Made by a program: the position numbers and the translations under genes
Assembly: GCA_000320545.1 (NCBI GenBank)
Contig: ADNK01001981.1
Span: 1-57,196, forward strand
Direction of reading: 5' to 3'
Source: Bigelowiella natans CCMP2755
Lineage: Eukaryota > Protista > Cercozoa
DNA: 57,196 nucleotides
Shown here: positions 35,738 to 50,201 of the stretch, piece by piece
How the letters are laid out: the number at the start of each line of letters is the position of its first letter
Numbering within the stretch: the first letter of the stretch is position 1
The notes under the pieces: model-generated
Databases searched by the model: none
Told to the model about the DNA's origin: nothing
What the model saw: the letters and a program-made list of their open reading frames with translations, nothing else

Positions 35738-37402
35738 ATGCCCACCCCTTTCTTCGTCATATTTTTGGCTTCTGTTTTTGTCATGCCCTGCACCGCTTTG
35801 TGGAAGCACTATGATGGCCACTCCCTAGACAAGAGGCTCAACGTACAAGATGTTCAGAAATTCATTCTCCTCGCGACTCCGAGGAGTGGCTCATCGTGGA
35901 TGAGTAATGATTTCTCTGATTCTGTTTCGATGTGTTTAAAGTCCTAGTCCTATTTTAGGCCAAATGCTAGAAGGAACAGACCATATTGCTTATCATTACA
36001 ATGAATGCTTCCAGTAATGAATACACACATATGAACCCCATGTCGAAACATAATGATTTTCACGTTTTCAAATCCGTTTTGAGATGCTAACCAGCAACGT
36101 ATGCTCATTACGTATAGCTCAGAACATTCAATGAACCATTGCTTCTCTGAATGGGCGAGTCCCCAGAAGAAAGATACAAAGTCACAAAATCTACCTCAAC
36201 AATTGGATCTGCTTTTTGCCCCACCAACTGAGTCTGATGTGGTAGATAAAGATGAAGACATTAATTCGAGAAGTTGATTTAATTCTAGTATGCTTATATA
36301 GACGCATGTTGGGTTCAAATGGATGGCAAATCAACATTTTGAGAATAAATCCCAAGTACTAGAAGCGTTAGATTACATCGAAATGAACCAAGTTAAAGTC
36401 GTGGCATTAGGTAAGTATTATCTCACGGATCGCTACATACGGTTTCTCCTAAAATGTGATTCTACGAACAGATCGAAGTAATCTACTTCGAAAGTGTTAT
36501 TCGCGTTATGATATGAGAGTAAGAGAGAGGATTGGACAGCATATCTTCGACAAGACCGATGTAAGTGAAGCTGTAACAGATAAAAAGAAGCTGGTTGCCA
36601 ACTGTAGCCAAATCCACCTGCTATCAAAACAGATAATGCAATTCTAATGTAGGAAAGCAATCGTAAAGTTCCCCAGAGCCATACGATTCCTGAAAGTTGG
36701 ATGGATGGATGTCTGAAAAGGTAAGATTCAGTTTGTGGTTTGTGCAGAAAGGGCTGGAGAAGAAAACAAAAATTCAAATCAAATTAAAATATTAAAACCA
36801 GTTCTTATCTTTTTGATTAGGACTAAAATGAATGCTGCAACCTTCAACGAAATTATAGACACTGCAAAGGATGTTATAGTTATCACATACTCGGTATACC
36901 TTTAGCTTTTACGTTCAACTATCTTGCGTATAATGAAAAACTTCGAACATACAGTGTACCCTAAAGTAATAAGTAATAAGAAAATGATAAATCCTATTTC
37001 GGTCAAACGGCTAAATTAAGCGAAATCAACTCATTAGAATGTTTTGGAAATAAAATGTCAAGGATCTGTACACGGACCCAAATCGAGTTCTTCGAAAGGT
37101 TGGAAAATTTCTCGGTCTTCAGGAAATTGCACAGGCATCAGAACTTCGAAAGTCACACTCAGGTGTAGCTACATGCAGGCAGCAATTTTCATTAGATTTT
37201 ACGAGATATATGAGATTATTCTTGTGTACTTAATCTAATTATTGTTATCTACAAAATTTGGTGTATATTCATCAACGATGATCCAGGATCCATGCATGAC
37301 CTTGTAAAAAATTGGGGAGAATTACGGAAGCATCTTTTGGAAGGTCCACATGCAGACCAGATAGAGGAATGGGAAGCAGAGGAGTGCAGGCAGATACATT
37401 AA
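35738..37402 (+). CDS. NodH/Stf0-like sulfotransferase with N-terminal signal/anchor (multi-exon, short introns)
   Basis: PAPS-binding-like FILLATPRSGSSWM, then VGFKWMANQ, VKVVAL-DRSNLLRK and C-terminal DLVKNWGELRKHL...IH* at 37400-37402. Introns are GT-AG. Confidence 0.75.
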
Positions 37403-37679
37403 CTATGAACTTTTGAATAACGCTCGATATATGTACCGTCTATACGTCCCCCTTCTAGCTTTGTAGTGTTTGGAATTATCAACCTTTCTCTCGGTGATAT
37501 GATTGATTGTATGACACTATATGCAATCAATGTGCAATTATTATGCAACAATTAGCAAAACAAAAAGCAGTGTTCAACAAAGATTCTTAAAATAGCATGA
37601 TTTCACGACTCGACTATCAAAATCTATTGATCACTCAATGAATTCGCACATAATTCTTTTGCGTTGTCATCATTACAAT

Positions 37680-38360
37680 GGTTCAGTCTAGCCACTTTGC
37701 ACTCATTAACAAGTCTAACATTTCAAGTACTGAAGTGCTATACTTGCGTCTAGCTCCATTGGTGAGCGTCAATCGAGACGCGCTAGCGAGTTCTGCATCC
37801 ATCTAGCCATGCTGCACCACTAGATTAGTGCGCACTCTAGCACTGCCAGCTAGCCAGACTGTCTAGCTGTGCATGCATGCTAGCACAGCATGGCCACTAC
37901 AGACTACGACGATCTAGCGATGCTAGGATGCTAGCTAGCTAGGATGGCTAGATCGCCACTTAGCTAGCTTAGCCTCTACTACTAGACTACACTAGTACAG
38001 CTAGCTAGCTCTAGAGCTAGCAAGCTGGCAGCCAACCAAGCTAGCAAGCTAGCGTGCACTACTCTAGTACTAGCAATCTATCAATGCTAGAATGGAACAC
38101 TACTAGACTAGCTAGCTAGCGCAGTCTGGCTTTCATGGCTTTCTCTAGTTCTAGCCTTACAAGCTTGCTAGCTAGCTAGCTCTGAGCTAGCTGAGCTTCT
38201 AGGCTTGTCTAGCTAGCTAGCTAGCTAGTTCTAGAGTTGCGTTCCAAAGTCATCTAGTTGTGTGCTGTGCTGGCTGATCATGCTAGCACGCAAGCTAGCT
38301 AGCGGGCTCTAGAGCTCTAGAGCTAGAAGTGTGCATATCTAAATATCACTAGATTGACGT
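37680..38360. other. CTAG-rich intergenic island 2
   Basis: Dense gctagctagc/ctag/tctaga motifs, with other TA contexts rare. Confidence 0.8.
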
Positions 38361-39591
38361 TGCAACAATGATAATCGCACAAGAGTTACGAATGGCATGA
38401 TTCAAGTTTGATTAATTTGTCATCACGCTCGTCATGTAGATAGATTAAGGTTGAATATCGATATGCATTCTTATTCTGTCTTGCTGTATGTTTACAAAAT
38501 TAAACAGAAGACTTTGTGCGGGCTGTGTTCAAGAGATCAAATATCCCTAAAAATGATACACAAATTACAATTAGACTCATCACAACAAGACATACATGAT
38601 ATGATACATCAAAACCAAAATGTTCAAGCAGGAAATATACAATACCATCCTTTCGACATGAAACCCCTCGCTCGTCCCTCCCTCGAAAAATCCGGTTTTC
38701 CAGAATTAAGATTATCTGAATAATTACCTCTCCTTTAAGTGCGTCTACTACTTTATCTTGCTCTTCTTTTGGCATGTCAGGATGCGTTTTCACATCAATT
38801 ATTCGAACGAAAACCTACGGAATAAGAGAAAATATTCAACGCATAGAGTGATCCTTGTGAATAAGTACACTTAGAGGAAATTATCATTCTAACAGACGCC
38901 ATGCACAAGAAATGGATTTTCCAACATGCGTGTATTTCTAACTTGTTGACTCAAAATGACTATGGTAAAACGAATGTCAGAAATTTACCGCTTTGAGATC
39001 AGACATCTGCTTATCAAACGATAACCGAAGGGACCAATGGCACTCAAAATGCTGCGTCACATTCCATCCCATCCCACATATAGTATTGAAAGTGAGCGAG
39101 CGAGGACATCGAGAATAAACATGGAGAACAGACATCATCGAGACTACGATCAACGATATGACGACGACGAGAATTATGTGATACTACATACGGCAGATAG
39201 ATGAGACAAAGGTGAGCTGATAGTGAGAAGTTTTCTAAAAAGTATGCATGCACGTACTTACTACTTTAAGGAAACAACTGGGCTGTAATAGAACATCATC
39301 GCAGCAGTTGCAACCAATCTAGCCACTACCTACCTACCTACCTATCTACCTACGTATTTATGTATATACGTAGAACTGCAACCAGTAGTACTTACTAATT
39401 CATTCACCATCTTCCGTATGGACCCTACTACCACTACTACAATCTACGTACTACATACAACGTATAGTGCTACTACCAAGCACCATCACCTTAGGGTCAT
39501 CTGGACTGTGAAGGGACTGCTCAATGCGTTTATGGACTATATATATTGCCTCGCCTATGTGTATCTGTATTTTCCACCTACAAGCAACCAG

Positions 39592-39629
<38 letters not shown>

Positions 39630-40204
39630 GATTATCACATCAAAATATTGTAGTCGATGATTATTAATTCCACATTGTTCACAAATTTACTGACCCTTCT
39701 GGCCGATTAACATCCTTGAAGTTTTGCCCCAATGGCTTAAACACTGGGTAACAACAATAGGAGATCGATTGACCGACGAAAGAAAAGTACAATCATCATG
39801 AATCAACACATTCATACATACACTTATTGTTAAAATGTAGTAACCAGATTCTGCCAATTTGACCATCGCAGGGACTAGCATAGATTGATGCTGATGTGTT
39901 TCACGACGAAAATTGAAAAGAATCCAACGATGATGAGGAATGCTTATTATGGGGACATGTTTGAGCAACGAGTAAATACATAGTGCAATCCAGGACGTAC
40001 AATAAGATAAATCATACCGTGGTTTTGAAGATGGCAAAGGTTTTTGAATCTGCAATTGTTGATTATGGTGATAAGTAATGTAAAAGTGTATGCTCTTTCC
40101 TCAACACCAATAATCACTACTAAAAAATAGATATAGAGAAATGATTCTGTGACTTAATTGAAAAATATTGGTAGTATGACCTACTACTATTACTACTACT
40201 ACTG

Positions 40205-40235
<31 letters not shown>

Positions 40236-40249
40236 ATATAGCTCAAATA

Positions 40250-42123
40250 TAAATACCAAGACCAAGACACTTTTCAAACACGTCTTTCAGACTTGGGAAA
40301 ATCTCGGCTAAGTAGTAGTGGTGTATAAGATGGGTGTGTACAAAGTTAGTGCAATAAGTAAGGTACCAACACGTAGCAGTATAAGTACGACCATTAATGT
40401 AAGAAAACGACGACTGAGTTTAGTAGTAGTTGGTAGTAGTTGGTTAGGGAAAGTGAGGAGGTAGGTAGATAGGTAGGTTAGTAGGTAGGTGCCACTAAGT
40501 AGTAGTAGTAGTAGTAGTAGTAGTAGCAGCAGTAAGTAGTAGTGGCGATAATGACGATACTGTAAATACCAAAAATAGCATTGATGATGATGATGATAAT
40601 GATAATGATGACGATGATGATGGTGATGGCATTGTCACCGTTATCTTGAACATTGTGGTCCTTCAAGGCCTTTTTTGGAAAACACACCCCCACGGTCACA
40701 CATATACTACTACATTCAATTTGCACCATATTTATTTGCTTCTGCACGCTAATATTTCGTATGTTTTGGTTCTCAAGGCGTCAATATTACAATTGACTGA
40801 CTACTTGCAGGAATAAAATCGGAAGTTTGTTGTAGTTTCAGCCCCCCCCTCCCAACACACACACACACACACACACCATAATGGCACCTTTTTAAGTTCT
40901 TCGAGTTTTTCCTGTGTTTCAAGTTCTTTAGCTACGAACATTATCAACTTGCATACACTATCCCACACACCACCCCCTGATGATGTGGAGGGGGGTGAAG
41001 AAGATGATGACGATAATGATGACGATGATGATGTAGATGACGTAGTAGCAGCAGCAGCAGCAGACGACCCTTTGGCCTCTACCTGCAAGTGGTAGTAAGC
41101 AGCAATAAGAGAGTCAAATTATTTCTTCATTCAGATTCTTCTTTTAAACGAAATAGTGATGCTGATGGCTCGCAATTTCAAATAATTGACATTTTCAGCG
41201 GCAAATATTGCTATAAGTACTTACTACAACAACAAAATACTAGCACCGCTTCTACTGCTTGTGAAATAATACGGTATCATTGCTCCGTCTGTCTATCTGT
41301 CTACCCACTCACTCACTAACTCATTGATCCACTCACTCACCTAGGAGGAGGAGGAGGAGGAGGAGGGGGAAGGGGAGGAAAATTGCAGCACAACCACTGG
41401 CTAAAAGAAGTACTATTAGCACAAATATACGTGGTCACATCATACCTCAAACTTGCGCTCTTCATTTCCTCCCCCTGTTGACGTGACCGATATACGCTTC
41501 ACCAATCTTGGTAAGTCCTTATACACGACAGTCTTTGCACTTGTCCTATCCGGTGGTGACCGTCACACGGATTGAATGACACAATAATTACAATACCAAT
41601 GATGATGATTATAAAAATGATGATAAAGATGATTGTGGCGGTTGTTGACTGATTTGCTAGTTGTTTTCTTCCAACTTCTTATTCGCTACCGATCATTATC
41701 ACTATGATAATAAAGTCGTTATTCGGTAATAATACCATGTTGCTGCAAACTGCTCCACAAAAATATCTGCGTTGGATTTTATATCGCCCTCGCTACGTGA
41801 AAACTGGCGTTCTACGCTCTTGTGTGACTTGAATACTGAAGGCTGTGAGTAGTCAGTGGTGTTAATTTATAAATCCAATATTCGTTATTTATGTTGCTGC
41901 TCGATCATCATGACTAGACTGACAGATACCATGAAAACATATCACGCACGCACACACACACACACACACACACACGCAACATGAATATTCTCAAACTTTC
42001 TCTCTTCCAAATAAAATAGAGATATGGTCTTCCACAAACAAATTATTGACTACTATTACTACTACATACTACTACTACTACTACTACTACTACTGCAACT
42101 GCTCCAGTTCAACTCAGTACATG

Positions 42124-42175
<52 letters not shown>

Positions 42176-42336
42176 CTTGTAGTTTATACGTTAAGTCGTT
42201 TAGTAACTGTTATTGGTACTCGTAACAACATTACGCTGCCGCCAACCTTTCTCCTTATTGGAGGCTTCACTGTCGGCGCATTATTATTCAGCAACGTCTT
42301 CTTATCAACACCTTCATGGTAATAACCACAAGTCCC

Positions 42337-42370
<34 letters not shown>

Positions 42371-42487
42371 AAGATATACTCAGAACAACTGCTTATTATC
42401 ATTATCATTATTATTAAACAATGGACTACTACTATTCATTATTGTTGTCTGTTTGTTGCTAACCCTACCCATCTCTTCTCTGCAATT

Positions 42488-42570
<83 letters not shown>

Positions 42571-45229
42571 CGGAAATATGTACCTGAGCCCTTGCGAAAC
42601 TTTGGGTTGTTCTCCACAAATCTATTGAAATGAGGAATGGCAGTTGAGTAAAGTAGTCCGATTTCCTGTAACGGCGATGTAGGTAGGTGCGGGTACACGA
42701 GCAATACATGCACAATGTGACAAAACGATGCTGCATAACGTTTGCGAATAATTCAATATTCTGCATTTCCCCTTCTTTTTAAAGGAGAGGCAATAACGAT
42801 GATGATGATTCGTAAATCTCAGAAATTACTTTGCCATTGCCTCATCGTACTCGGCAAAAGCTTTGTTCACCTTGCAGCAGCACACCATAAATAGCGGCAG
42901 TAGTTTAGGAATACGAGGAAGAAAGGTGATGATGGTGAAATGATGCTTTAAAATTATCCATCATTCTTGATTAGAACTCATTTACGACGCAGTTTTTGAT
43001 TGATGTTTCCAACAAAAGATGATAAGTAATGTTGATGCTACAACTACTACTACTGCTACCATTGTGTGGGACAGATAGACAGATAGTACTACCTGTTGTG
43101 TGACTTCTGTGCACAAATCAGTGGCTTGCTTCACTAATTTAAACTCTTCGTCGCCCTATATATCAATCGTATACGTAATCATATACGTAATCGTAATCGT
43201 AATCGAATTGAATAAACGAGGTAAGAGGAGAGGAACAGATAGTAATTGAGTGGACGATGAGATAATAGATAGTGCCGTGGTAACATTGTATTTAGTAACG
43301 ACTCAAGACAAACTGATGTGATTGAGGTTGTCATCACGTATTGATTTATGTAGAGTAGTACCTCTTCTGTGCTTTCCAAGAGATTTTCCATAAGATCCTA
43401 GCAGGCAGTAATCAATAAGTAAATTAGTATAGTAACAGCAGCAATAAATTGCGTAAATGTATGTAAATGTGTGTGTGTGTGTACGCGCCATCATCCACTA
43501 TTTATGAGGACTTAATTATTATCATAATCTTCGACTAAAAGTCGCCATGCTTTCTCCCATAATAATGACTCACAACACTAACCAAACCATCATCGACCCA
43601 TCATCATCATGATCATCATCATGATCATTCTACGTACGAACAGACAGCCGTCATGGACCTTGTATTGTGGAAGTCGGTGTACAGGAAGAGTCAGCAGGGT
43701 TATTAAATCCATTCCTTTTGTGCTGCATCGTTCAAATGCACGTACATATCAAGCAGCTATTTTGTTCGTGCTATTGCAAAAATAAACTATCCAGCAGCAG
43801 GGAGTGACCAGATGTAGTAGTAGTAAATGGCTCATTATTATTTTTATTATTATTATTATTATTACTTTCGTAACTATCATCATCAACTACCACAGTTGTC
43901 CATACGTCATTACGATAAACTTGTACTTCCAAATGAAGCTATTTTTCGAAAATGTTTTAATAATACCCTCGGTTTCTCTGAGTAATTTGTAAGAATTCTC
44001 TGAACCGCTTTTGCTTTGCCGTTGTTACGAAGTTTGTCGCCGTCTTATGTATTGTATTGGTGAAAAAGAAAATACGAAAAATAGAAATAAGAAGAAAGGG
44101 AAGAGCACTTTAAGGAACATCTCGGATATTGTATGATTTATTTGGATGATGCCATACGCGTAAACACATTATTACGCATATTATCGGATTTGCCTACCTT
44201 AAGGTTGTTGACGTAGTCTTTGTACATTCGCAAATACGGTGCATGTTTGTTTAACACCTTTATAATAAAATAGTGAGAAACACTGTCACGCACAATATAT
44301 TTATCCTGTTCGCATTTCGATAAAACATAATGACGATACCGAGGCAATCGCCATTTTAGAGTTCTCCGCGGTCCCTGCTGTTTTAAGGTCTTGGTGAAGT
44401 TTCAAATGAAATCTGCAACATTAGAATGATCATTGCTACCATTATAACAATATATAGACCTCTTAGCAGATTACTGGGTCATATGATGATGAAGTATACA
44501 AAGAATATTGACCAATACGGACGATATGATTATGAAAGTATATGACTAGATTGGTCACAACAGAAGAAGATATACGCAAGACAACTCACGAGAAAAGAAG
44601 CGGGATAATATTGAAGACTCTTCGCAGCTCATCCTCATTGAGAATTTCTTTTTTTGTTCCTAGACTGTTTTTTATTGGATCGTAATATGATTCGATTAAG
44701 ACGCGTAGACGATTCAGGTAGATCTCCTCCGTTGAAACTGACAATAGCACGGTACAAGTGACTGTGAGAGTGAGTGCGCATGAACGTGTATGTACCACAA
44801 CTGTACACGACAACCATTGCTGTGTACTTTTTTTGTTACGTATTGCGGCGGCGTTTGGTATCTGATGTTGACCTATTTCCTTGGGATCCGCTTGTACTCC
44901 AAACAATTTCGCAGTGCTATGTTTAGAGATTGTCGAATAATTGGAGGGTTCGATAATAATATTCACATTTCAACAAGAGTGCTCAAGTATCATCCATGTT
45001 CCATGATATGAACCAACTATCCTCAACATGCGATCATTTAGGAAAGATTTCGTGCTTTGTATTGACATGGCAGATATGTACATTGATCCCCTAAATCAAT
45101 CAGTCCTTCTCAAGATGAAATTGTTACCAGGGCTCATTTGATTTCATAACATGTATGCCTACGGACAAACCTTGAGGAAATTGACGGAGGTTTTGTAACC
45201 TTAGTGTCGCTAGGTTTGCTGTTTTGCAT
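40250..45229 (-). CDS. Dbl-homology (DH, probably DH-PH) Rho guanine nucleotide exchange factor (multi-exon; ends approximate)
   Basis: Exon peptides STEEIYLNRLRVLIESYYDPI...ELRRVFNII, HAPYLRMYKDYVNN, DLITLLTLPVHRLPQYK and ILMENLLEST match the DH conserved regions. Confidence 0.8.
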
Positions 45230-46849
45230 CACTGATCTGGGGGGGGGAGCGGACGAGGGTTATTTCTTCTTCTTCTTCTTCTTCTTCTTCTTCTTGTTCT
45301 TCTTTTCAGTTCTTTCTGCCCCGGAAAGTCACTAAGAAAATAAGAAACAAAGGGGATTTTGATGCTGCAGCGTACGTTTACCAGGAGGGGATTGTGATTC
45401 GAAGCCCATAAGATACGAAAAGTGACGAAAGTATTTGTAGATCTACGACAGTCTCCAAAATGTGTCGCAGTTTCAAATTATTTTTTCGGTATAAAAGCAT
45501 CCAGCAGCATCGACACGTGCTCGGGTAGCACGTTGTGTTTGTAAGGACAAGAAATTCCCTAATTTTATACTGAACTACATTGGCGATAATGAGGCCATTT
45601 TGACAATTGCAATCATGTTTTGGGCATTCGGTCCTGTTTCCGCATGCCAACCGAGAAATTATTTCCTTTCCGCGCGTAGCTGTTGGTTTTTGATATTGAG
45701 CATGGAGAAATCTGTTTCTTTCGATGTGATGTTTGGATTACATCTTGACGACAACAATACCTTGAAGACTCTGGTGCTAATTGCATCCCCAACAGAGTTT
45801 TTCAACTGTGTTATGTCACACACCATTTCTTAATACAGCGGAATGGATCCCCAGGTCATGTCTGTCAGCGAATGTCTTTATCTGGGCGCAGAAGGACCAA
45901 ACTACCACGATACAAATTCATTCAATAAAATTATATTTTCCAATACGAGACAACGGAATCTTGTAATGAGAGCGTCGTTGGGTTAGCTTTTCCACTTGCG
46001 CCACACTCACGCTTGATACATGCTTAGACTCCCAAGAAGGTACCGCTGACTCTTGCCAGCCATCTCATTCAAAATGGAATACCTAGGTAATTGTGAACAC
46101 ATGATTACTGTGGAGGGAGTGTACATCAAATTTAATTCTGGTTTTAAATTTCATGAACAGCTATGCCAGATTTGCAAAAGCTCAAGGATCAGCAGTGAGA
46201 TCTCGAGGAAGCATTCTCAATAGAAACTCCATACAGGTGCAACAACATTAACTTCAGATTACAATAGGAGTGTGTGTTCATCAAGATCATAAAAACGGGG
46301 GTGGTCGGTCTGAATATTAGATACACGAGTGCTATTGGTTTGGGCCTCCATCGCAGCATTTTTATGCCATATATTTTAGGTTCCGAGAAACACGTCGTTG
46401 ACCAAGGCCATCCGAGAGCACCTTCAAACTGTTGCTGCTGTAAAGAACTTGGCAACGAAAGAGAGGAGAGTAGACGGCGAATAAGAGCTTTCGTCAGTTT
46501 CATTTGTCTCAAACGCCGTTGATGCTGGCATGGAGGACAGAGCAAATAAAAATGATGATCGTGCCAGCATACACGGTAGCTGACGCAGCTAAAGATCTGC
46601 TGGAGGAAGCTAGTACATATTTCATACTTTATGTCATTAGCACACAAACACACGCAACATCTGCATAGCCATGTACAGTAAAGAAATCTAGAAATGCCAA
46701 TTGATGTTGAAGATCAGCACTTACTAAACAAGTAGTGATACCGCCTGGTTAGTTCGAGTTTAAATGAAGGGTGACCATTACAACGAATGAATCAGCGGTG
46801 CCGATGAAACACTGCGCCCTGCCATTGTTCACCATACGCAACAAGGCAA

Positions 46850-47600
46850 TTCTAGAATTGCATGAAGTCCTGAACCGAATGTGCTAGCGTGCACATTCAC
46901 ATTCAATAGAGCGCGCGCGCAACTAGACCCATGATGTGCATGCACTGGGAAAATGCTAGCAGCTTGATGGAGTGGAAACGGTTCAGAGAGTAGGGAAGGC
47001 ATGCGCTAAGCGCCTGTCTAGCTATGGCTCGCTAGTAGTGCTGCTGCTAGCAATAATGTTAGATCGAATGCTGTAAAGTAATAGATCGAGTAGTCTGTCT
47101 AGCTGTGAGACGGATGTAATCAATCAATTGTGTTCAATGGTCATCCTTATGTAGCTGTGCAATGCAGCGGCTGCAGCGCTAAATCTGTAGCTAGCCAACA
47201 TTGAATCTGTTGGTCTCCGCCGCTATAGCTGTGATGTCTAGCATGGCTAGCTAGCTGTTTAGATGCACATTAGCGTAATTGCAGCAGCAGTACAACGTCA
47301 AGTAGACGAATGGGATCTAGAGATGAGAATGGGCATGCCATGGCTAGCTAGCTAGCTAGCATGGACACCCAGCCATGCTAGCGCATGCTGCATCGCATGC
47401 ATGTAAACTGTTTGGCATGCCGCATCTAGCGCATGCTATACATGCGTGTGTTGTCGTAGTCTAGTAGTGTGCACCGGCGACATGTGTCACAGGCACGTTC
47501 GTGAAACATACTTCTAGATAGGTATACTTGTAACGACTGCTGCTTGTCACAACATGTCTCATTCGTTGGACGCATTAATACGATGGACTACATGAAACAG
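46850..47600. other. CTAG-rich / partly TA-depleted intergenic island 3
   Basis: gctagctagctagc and catgc-rich tract between gene regions. Confidence 0.7.
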
Positions 47601-47654
47601 CTCACAAAAAAATCTCAGTCTAAGCTACGCTTCAATGCAAAGGTCTGGAGATTT

Positions 47655-48115
47655 TTATTTTGAGTATCTCTCGAGGTGATCTTTAGCTTCCTTGAATGTC
47701 TTACTACTAATGTAGCATCGGTCTGGTAGTTTAGCCAATGGCAGCAGATTCTGCCAAGTGTCGTATTTCTTGCTGTCATTGGTTCGATCCAGGATCCCAA
47801 TATCATTTTTGTCTAGATTTTTCTTTTTCTCCATTACAATTCCCAGAGCGATCATAAGCTGTTTTAAACAGATGGCGATTATTATTCTGCTAAATACTGG
47901 TTAGTTATATTGGTGATGATGATGATGATGACAGAGAAAATTATATCGTTTTTGCAGGAAGACTACAATTCAAATACCTTTGCTCTTTCTCGTGCCCACA
48001 ATCCTAATATTATCACCTTGAAATCACATAGACGATGACGACGATGAAATGTATGTAAGAACCAAAACCACAGTTTAATAATCATAATATAAGCTTTAAC
48101 TGAATATAACAATTC

Positions 48116-48183
<68 letters not shown>

Positions 48184-48309
48184 ACTGTGTTTTTAGAGGT
48201 GCAGGATTTTACAATTTAGTTTGACAATTATGATCGATCGGCGAGTAGGCAGTAGCATAGCCACAATCAATCACATTTTCCAACCTTTCGAACGTTACTA
48301 CTGCCACAG

Positions 48310-48343
<34 letters not shown>

Positions 48344-48380
48344 CATTTTGTATCTCTTAAGAGAAGTAGTAGTAGGAGTG

Positions 48381-48413
<33 letters not shown>

Positions 48414-48504
48414 TTTTATCTCTTGGTGGTTTAATCCTACCAGCATTGGAGACTTCTGTTCCTTCGCATAGGGCTCGTTGTCAAATATCCTAGTAGTAGT
48501 AGTG

Positions 48505-48538
<34 letters not shown>

Positions 48539-49831
48539 GTTGTAGCAACAACATTTAACAACAAGAAGCAACATCAACAAAGTAATCGCAATAACCTAAT
48601 ACGTGCTCATTCTCATCGCAGCTGATGATGATGATGATAATGATGTGACACATCAAGAGTCATTTCATAGGTGCCAATAAGCTTCTGATGATAGACGACT
48701 TTCGCATCGCTAGTCGGTTTCATCATCATCATCATTATTGTTTTTTTTTACCATTTCTTAAAAGCGTCGATACGTTCGTCCGGAAATAGGAAACTTCGCG
48801 TCTTTGCCTATACATATAAGAGTGAATATTGTGATTTTGCTAAAAACGTGGAAGAGTATTTTCAAATTTGATTTCATATGATAGAACAACAATGAAATAA
48901 ATATGATGATGATGCTAAGATTTTGCACCTCCCCCACCCCATTAAATTGATTATATTTTCATGTCATCCATCGTTGTGTACAATCATCAAGAATGAGCTT
49001 ATAGTAAAGCAACGCTAAGGATTACACTTAAACTTGTTTTTCCTTAGAAAAACAGCAGACATTACATTACACTACTTCGTAACAATTTGTAGTAGTAGTA
49101 CCAATTTGTAGTTGTCGTTATGTTGTGTCTCCAAATCACCACGTTCCTTCATCCTTTTCTAGAGGAGCAACAGCAAGAACAAGAACAAGAAGTCGTTGGT
49201 TGATTGGCTGGTTGGTTGGTTGGTTCATGGATGGGTGTTGCTGCCAACATCATAGCACCGATGACGAAAGTACCATCATCATCAGAAGAAGCAGCAGCAG
49301 GTATCAACAGCAGCAGCAGCATAACACAAGATGATGCACAGAATATGTAAAGTTGTGAGGACTAAGGAAGCTCTGTCTAACTTAATCATCATCATCATCA
49401 TCTTATTATTATTATTATTACCATAGCCATTGCATATGTCAGAGTACCAAATAGGCCGAAACCAGGTATTATCACCTGCGTATGTTGTACGTGTGTCTTC
49501 TTCTTCTACTACTTGTAGTATTGTTGTGTGCACATAAATAAACGAATTGTTGTTTATCAGAGCAGCGGCTGATAGTGAGCCTACTACTACTACTACTACT
49601 CCGAAGAACGTACATTACATACGATTATAAACGATTATAAACGACTACTACATCATATTATCATTATTATTAATAATAAACGAGCAAGAAGAGCTTTTCG
49701 CCTCCTCCCTCCTCTCCATAATCATTCATGATTACTCACGTTGCTTGTGACTAACAATCGCCTATTCCACGTATGGACTTCCCATTTATTAATATGGAGA
49801 CTACTCATTGCCCACTACTTGGTTCCCTCTA

Positions 49832-49872
<41 letters not shown>

Positions 49873-49903
49873 CTTCTTCGTCAATAATGCGTTGTCGTGT
49901 TGA

Positions 49904-49936
<33 letters not shown>

Positions 49937-50167
49937 CAGGACGATGATCGTTCCATTATTACTTGGTATGGATGCACCACCGTGCTTGAAGAAGAAGAAG
50001 GAAGAGGAGGAGAAGAAGGAGGAGGGGGGGATAATGATGACGAATTATCAACATTAATCCCGCCGCCATCCTTACCATCACTTCCGATTAAACTGTAAAG
50101 TAGAATAGTAATAAACCACAACATACACGCAACAACCACTAGCGCCACAATCATCATCAGCACCTAG

Positions 50168-50201
<34 letters not shown>

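Noticed and set aside
34140-38360. CRISPR-like array or telomeric repeat in the CTAG tracts
   Set aside because: There is no fixed repeat-spacer periodicity or constant unit, and the context is eukaryotic intergenic DNA.
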